From positions 192,048-256,047 of the forward strand of contig JAGXKT010000001.1 in the NCBI GenBank assembly GCA_018335035.1: a stretch of 64,000 nucleotides of DNA, written 5' to 3'. The translations under genes and the position numbers were made by a program. The stretch comes from Phycisphaerae bacterium (GTDB taxonomy: Bacteria; Planctomycetota; Phycisphaerae; SM23-33). Under the pieces are notes generated by a model that saw only the letters and a program-made list of their open reading frames with translations, was not told the origin of the DNA and ran no database searches. Shown here piece by piece: positions 59,436-64,000 of this stretch. Numbering within the stretch: position 1 is the first letter of the stretch; each line of letters begins with the position of its first letter.

Positions 59436-60542
59436 ATGTCGACCGAGATACTGACAACCTCCACGCGCCGACAGGCGGCCAAGGCGGTTCGGCGCGGCGC
59501 CGGGGCGCTGTCGGCCGGTCAGCTCGTGGGCTTTCCAACCGAGACGGTCTACGGCGTTGGCGCCCTGGCGACGGAGGGCGACGCCGTCGCGCGCCTGCGC
59601 GACGTGAAGGGGCGCCCCGAGCGGCCGTTCAGCGTGCACCTGGGCGGCCCCGGCGAGGCCGAGCGCTACGTCCACCCGGACATCTGGGCGCGGCGGCTGA
59701 TGCGCCGTGCCTGGCCCGGCGCGCTGACGCTCGTACTACCGGCGACGGGCCCGTTGGCCGATGCGGCGCTGGACGACGCCGTGCGCGACCGGCTGGTCGC
59801 CGACGACTGGATCGGCCTGCGATGCCCCGACGAGCCGATCGCCGCGGCGCTGCTGGCGGCCGTGGACGGTCCCGTCGTCGCCAGCAGCGCCAATCCGCCC
59901 GGCGCCGCCTCGCCGCGCGACGCGGTGGAGGTTCTCCGCGGGTTGCCGGACGCCCTGGACGTACTGATCGACGCCGGTCGGGCGCGCGGCGGGACCGAAA
60001 GCACGATCGTGCGGCTGGCGGACGGCGAGTTGACGATGCTGCGCGAGGGCGCCTATACGGAGCGCCAGGTGCGACGCCTTCTGCGGTGGCGCTTGCTGTT
60101 CGTCTGCACGGGCAACACGTGCCGTAGCCCGATGGCCGCCGCGTTGGCCAAGGCACAGGTCGCACAGCGGCTGGGCGTGAGCGTCGGCGCGTTGCGGCAG
60201 TGGGGCGTCGAGATTCGCTCGGCCGGGTTGGTCGCTGCCGACGGGCTCAGTGCGACCGCCGAGGCCGTCGACGCCGCCAAACGACTCGGTGCGGACGTAT
60301 CGCAGCACCGTAGCGGCACCATCAACCGGGACTTGATCGCGTGGGCGGATGTGGTATTCTGCATGACCGACGTGCACGTCGGGGAGGTGTTGCGATTGGA
60401 CGAAGCTGCCGCGGACAGGGTCCGGCGGCTGGATGCCGACGGCGACATCCCGGACCCCGTGGGGCGCGGCGAGGCCGCCTATCACCGCACGGCCGAGCGC
60501 ATCCGGCGGGCGCTGGAGCAGGAACTCGCGGATATCGTCTGA
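59436..60542 (+). CDS. tsaC: Fusion protein: threonylcarbamoyl-AMP synthase (TsaC/YrdC domain) + low-molecular-weight protein tyrosine/arginine phosphatase
   Basis: The N-terminal 210 aa form a YrdC/Sua5 fold (FPTETVYGVGA). The C-terminal 150 aa are an LMW-PTP with P-loop CTGNTCRSPMA and a DPxxRG motif. Confidence 0.75.
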   Translation: MSTEILTTSTRRQAAKAVRRGAGALSAGQLVGFPTETVYGVGALATEGDAVARLRDVKGRPERPFSVHLGGPGEAERYVHPDIWARRLMRRAWPGALTLVLPATGPLADAALDDAVRDRLVADDWIGLRCPDEPIAAALLAAVDGPVVASSANPPGAASPRDAVEVLRGLPDALDVLIDAGRARGGTESTIVRLADGELTMLREGAYTERQVRRLLRWRLLFVCTGNTCRSPMAAALAKAQVAQRLGVSVGALRQWGVEIRSAGLVAADGLSATAEAVDAAKRLGADVSQHRSGTINRDLIAWADVVFCMTDVHVGEVLRLDEAAADRVRRLDADGDIPDPVGRGEAAYHRTAERIRRALEQELADIV

Positions 60543-60618
60543 GCCGTTAGCCGCCGGGCTCGTCCGTGCCGCGAGGCAGCGGTCAAGAACAGGCGGCGAA
60601 ACGCCGATTGGGCATGGC

Positions 60619-61113
60619 ATGAAAGTAGCATTGGCAGGAGATCATCGGGGGCAGACGGCCAAGACGCACATCGCCGTTCTGCTCAGCGAACGCGGCCACG
60701 AGGTGGTCGACCTCGGCACCAACAGCGTCAAGAGCTGCGATTACCCCGATCTGGCCTACCTGGCCGCGCGGGCCGTGGTGGATGGCATGGTCGAGCGGGC
60801 CGTGCTGTTCTGCGGCAGCGGAATCGGCATGACGATCTGCGCCAATAAGATCCCCGGAATTCGCGCCGCGCTGTGCCACGACGAGCTGACCGCGCAGATG
60901 TCGCGTCAGCACAACGACGCGAACGTGCTGTGCCTTGCCAGCGACGTCAGCGGCGAGGAACTGATGCGGCGGATCGTCATCGGGTGGCTGGAAACACCCT
61001 TCGACGGCGGCGGGCGCCACGAACGACGCGTGCGCAAGGTGGCCCTGATCGAGCGGGGCGAGGACCCGTCCGGGTACAACGCTGACGACCTGACTGCCAA
61101 CGGTCCGGCATAG
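60619..61113 (+). CDS. rpiB: Ribose-5-phosphate isomerase B
   Basis: RpiB/LacAB family: MKVALAGDHRG, CGSGIGM. Confidence 0.8.
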   Translation: MKVALAGDHRGQTAKTHIAVLLSERGHEVVDLGTNSVKSCDYPDLAYLAARAVVDGMVERAVLFCGSGIGMTICANKIPGIRAALCHDELTAQMSRQHNDANVLCLASDVSGEELMRRIVIGWLETPFDGGGRHERRVRKVALIERGEDPSGYNADDLTANGPA

Positions 61114-61164
61114 GCCGCGGACGCGCACACAAGCCGCAGCCCATGCGGCTCGAGCGTTCACGCA

Positions 61165-61848
61165 TCACGTGGGGAATTTTGCGATTGCCTCGTCGCGCCC
61201 GATGATCGTCAGCACGTCGCCGGGCTGGACGGTGTCGTTGGGTCCGGGTCCGGCGATGACCTGTTCCTTCGAGACGGTCTTGCCGCGCGCATCGGTCCGC
61301 TCGACGGTTCGACGGATCGCCACCACGAGCACGTCGTAGGCGTTGTGCACGTCCAACTCGCCGAGGGTCTTTCCGTGGAAGCTCCGCGGCGCCTCGACCT
61401 GCACCAAGCTGTGCTCCTCGCCGAGGACAATGCGTTCGAGCATCGCCGGGGCGAGCAGCTTGTCGCGCCAGCGTTCGGCCGATTCGTGCTCCGGATTGAC
61501 GATGCCGTCGGCGCCGATCCGCGAGAGAATCTGCGCGCGGATGCTCGTGGTGGCTCGTGCGATGATTCGCGACACGCCGATCTGCTTTAGAATCACCGTC
61601 GTCAGCGCGCTGGCCTCCAGATTCGCGCCCATGCCCACGACGGCGACGTCGACCTTGTCGATGCCCTGGGCCTTCAGCGCCTCGGCGTCCGTGCAGTCCA
61701 GGCAGACCGCCAGCGTGACGTCGTCCCGCACGGACTCGACCAGACCGCGATCGTTATCGACCGCGATGACTTCCGCGCCGGCCTGCGACAACAGCGTCGC
61801 CAGCCGCCGCCCGAACAACCCCAGCCCGATGACGGCGAATCGTTCCAT
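61165..61848 (-). CDS. trkA: Potassium uptake regulatory protein TrkA/KtrA (RCK N+C domains)
   Basis: N-terminal Rossmann IGLGLFGRRLA plus a C-terminal RCK-C domain. Confidence 0.8.
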   Translation of the reverse strand: MERFAVIGLGLFGRRLATLLSQAGAEVIAVDNDRGLVESVRDDVTLAVCLDCTDAEALKAQGIDKVDVAVVGMGANLEASALTTVILKQIGVSRIIARATTSIRAQILSRIGADGIVNPEHESAERWRDKLLAPAMLERIVLGEEHSLVQVEAPRSFHGKTLGELDVHNAYDVLVVAIRRTVERTDARGKTVSKEQVIAGPGPNDTVQPGDVLTIIGRDEAIAKFPT

Positions 61849-61853
61849 GGCAC

Positions 61854-63791
61854 TTACCCGATTACGACGTTCTCACGAGGATAACTGTATCGTACCGGAC
61901 GGACGTGGCTTGTCACGGCCAGGAGCAGCGTCAACGGGCCCAGCCGCCCGGCGAACATCCCGACGATGAAGACAATCTTGGCGAAATCCCCGATCGTGGT
62001 CTCCGGACCGGTGATGCCCGTCGACAGCCCGACCGTCCCGCACGCGCTGCACGCCTCGAACAGGATATTGACGAACGAGCGGGCGCGGAGCGTCGCGGCC
62101 AGCAGCAGGGTCACCGTCGCCACCAGCAGCGTGTAAAGCACGGCGATCGCGGCCGTGCGACGCAACAGGTCCGCCGAGATGCTTCGGTGGAAGACCTCCA
62201 ACTCCGCGCGACGGCGAATCAGACACCACGTCGCCAGCACGAGCAGCGCGAACGTCGCGGTCTTCATGCCGCCGGCGGTGCTGGCCGGGCTGCCGCCGAT
62301 GACCATCAGCCCGGAGACCCACAGCTTGCCGGCGTTGGAGAGGCGGTCCATGTCCACGGTGTTGAATCCGGCCGTGCGGGCGGTCAGCGATTGGAACACC
62401 GCCGCCTGCGCCAGCTCGCCGCCTTCCAGGTCGCGCAGCGCGGTCAGGTCGCGCGCTTCGACGGCGGGGTCCTGCTCGCCGATGGGGTGCCGCCCGACGG
62501 CGTCGCCGGCGGCGGGGAGCTTCTCGATGATCGCCAGCCCGCCGGCGCCGACGATCAGCAGCCCGGCCGTGGTGACCAGCACGATTCTGGAGTGAAGCCG
62601 CAGGCGGGCCACGCCGCTGTCGTCATAGCGTCGGCGCCGTCGGCCCAGGCGGCGGCGGAGGCGTTGCAGGCGCGATCGGGCCCAGCGCCAGCAGTCCTGG
62701 AGCACGGGGAAGCCCAACCCACCGAGGATAATCAGCGGGCCCATCACGGTCAGCACCTGCCAGCTTTGCCGCAGGGGGTGGTGCCACTGGGCGCGGATGC
62801 CGTGCATCATGTTGTTGCGGTAGAGGGCGAAGCCGGCGTTGCAGAAGCTCGAGACGCTGTGGAACACGGCGTGCCACGCCGCGCGCAGCGGGCCCATCGG
62901 CTGACCGAAGCCGTCCAGCGCGCCGCGGTACATCGGGTACAGCAGCGCCGCGCCGACGATCTCCAGGGCGAACGTCAGCAGCGCCACGAACGTCAGCGTT
63001 CGTCCCAGCTCGCCGCGACGGTCGGTCGCGAGCATTTGCCCGATGGTCTCGCTGTGACGCAGCGACAGCCCCTTGCCCACGAGCATCGCCAGCATCGTGC
63101 CGAACATCATGATCCCAAGCCCGCCGAGCTGGATCAGCACGAGGATCACGCCCTGCCCGAAATGCGTGAAATGCGTTCCGGTGTCCGCGACGATCAGCCC
63201 GGTCACGCAGGTGGCGCTGACGGCCGTGAAGAGCGCGTCAGTGTAGTACCACCGCTGCGTGCCCGGCTGCGTCGCCACCGGCAGCATCAGCAACGCCGAG
63301 CCGATGGCGCCCAACGCCGCGAAACTGCCCACCAACAGCCACGTCGGCGGAATGCCGCTGCCCGCGACCTGCAGGTTGACGTTGACGGCGCGGACGATCA
63401 GCGACAGGGCGATGTAGCCCTGTGTGATGATGACGTACAGGACGCCGAGTGACAGCACGTCACCACGGACGTAGCCGGCGACGGCCAGCACGACCGCCGC
63501 CAGGGCGATCAGGGCGAAGTCGATCCAGTTGTCGCTGAGGTACGCCCCCTTGCGCGGCGCCAGCGCCAGGCGCAGCAGGCGGTCGAGCACGAACACGCCG
63601 ACCACAATGGATTCCACGACGTGCAGGTAGACCCGATCGACCGGCCGATCGCGGAAGCCGTACTCGATGACCAGCGCGGCGATTGCCGCGACGGCCGCCA
63701 GCGCCAGCACGACGTCCAGCACGCGCCGCACGGCGGCGGGCGGCGCGGCGGCGCCACGGCCGCTCCGAATTGTGCGCTGCGCTGTGCCCAT
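61854..63791 (-). CDS. trkH: TrkH/KtrB-family potassium transporter (start uncertain, long N-terminal hydrophobic extension)
   Basis: Repeated selectivity-filter-like GxGxxxx segments and TrkH similarity across ~480 aa. The tool ORF is 645 aa, and an internal start cannot be excluded. Confidence 0.8.
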   Translation of the reverse strand: MGTAQRTIRSGRGAAAPPAAVRRVLDVVLALAAVAAIAALVIEYGFRDRPVDRVYLHVVESIVVGVFVLDRLLRLALAPRKGAYLSDNWIDFALIALAAVVLAVAGYVRGDVLSLGVLYVIITQGYIALSLIVRAVNVNLQVAGSGIPPTWLLVGSFAALGAIGSALLMLPVATQPGTQRWYYTDALFTAVSATCVTGLIVADTGTHFTHFGQGVILVLIQLGGLGIMMFGTMLAMLVGKGLSLRHSETIGQMLATDRRGELGRTLTFVALLTFALEIVGAALLYPMYRGALDGFGQPMGPLRAAWHAVFHSVSSFCNAGFALYRNNMMHGIRAQWHHPLRQSWQVLTVMGPLIILGGLGFPVLQDCWRWARSRLQRLRRRLGRRRRRYDDSGVARLRLHSRIVLVTTAGLLIVGAGGLAIIEKLPAAGDAVGRHPIGEQDPAVEARDLTALRDLEGGELAQAAVFQSLTARTAGFNTVDMDRLSNAGKLWVSGLMVIGGSPASTAGGMKTATFALLVLATWCLIRRRAELEVFHRSISADLLRRTAAIAVLYTLLVATVTLLLAATLRARSFVNILFEACSACGTVGLSTGITGPETTIGDFAKIVFIVGMFAGRLGPLTLLLAVTSHVRPVRYSYPRENVVIG

Positions 63792-63842
63792 GTTCCGCCG
63801 AGGGCGCCGCGAATCCCGCGCGCCGTTCTCAGTGCTCGCGCC

Positions 63843-64000
63843 TCACGACTTCTTGTACGTCTTATCCGGGTCGAAGACTTTCTCGCCGACGACTTCCCAG
63901 CTACCCGCGTCGGTCAGCTTGCGATAGAAGCACGAGTAGTAGCCCTCGTGGCAGGCGCCGCCGTGCTGGGTGACCTCGATCAGCAGCGTGTCGGCGTCGC
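63843..64000 (-). CDS. hisI: Phosphoribosyl-AMP cyclohydrolase, C-terminal fragment (gene runs off window)
   Basis: Reverse-complement translation ...[22 protein letters not shown]...KKS* matches the HisI metal-binding CH.G..SCFY motif. Confidence 0.6.
   Translation of the reverse strand, partial: DADTLLIEVTQHGGACHEGYYSCFYRKLTDAGSWEVVGEKVFDPDKTYKKS

Overview
This is a 64-kb, roughly 68% GC, densely coding bacterial chromosomal segment. The gene content is mostly housekeeping. Three PEP-CTERM sorting-signal proteins, duplicated groEL and clpP, and lysine- or acidic-rich tails on translation factors suggest a Planctomycetota/Verrucomicrobiota-like host, but that is inference only. I can support about 60 CDS and 4 tRNAs: Gly-GCC, Ser-GGA, Leu-TAA and Gln-TTG. 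From left to right the window contains a DedA / GmhB-like phosphatase / DJ-1 block ending in a decayed tyrosine integrase that abuts tRNA-Gly. This is followed by a CaCA antiporter, an orphan beta-class DNA methyltransferase, clpP-clpP-tig, thiE-glyA, dsbD, xylB and folC. A heat-shock supercluster follows, with the unusual order groEL1-groES-groEL2-dnaJ-grpE and no dnaK. Next is a hexuronate/glycan utilisation stretch (uxaC, GH4, GH57, clan GH-A hydrolase, uxaE-like, fucI-like) interleaved with PEP-CTERM proteins, glyQS and gnd. Then come trxA, fba and a tRNA-Gln. The right end holds the conserved prs-rplY-pth-rpsF-ssb-rpsR-rplI-dnaB block, a tsaC::LMW-PTP fusion, rpiB, trkA/trkH and a partial hisI. 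I found no CRISPR array, no intact mobile element and no recognisable defence operon. The most unusual signals are noncoding. (1) Two oppositely oriented arrays of an 8-bp degenerate repeat fill the groES-groEL2 spacer. (2) A near-identical 26-mer (GAACGTCGAACC...CGTCGAACG) occurs in two intergenic regions 27 kb apart. (3) About 70-bp inverted copies bracket a 730-bp module between the fba and fucI-like genes; the module carries a small CBM48-like ORF and a perfect 32-nt palindrome. Coordinates of features found by eye (tRNAs, repeats) may be off by 1-2 nt. Internal start codons were placed by codon arithmetic from the supplied ORF track.
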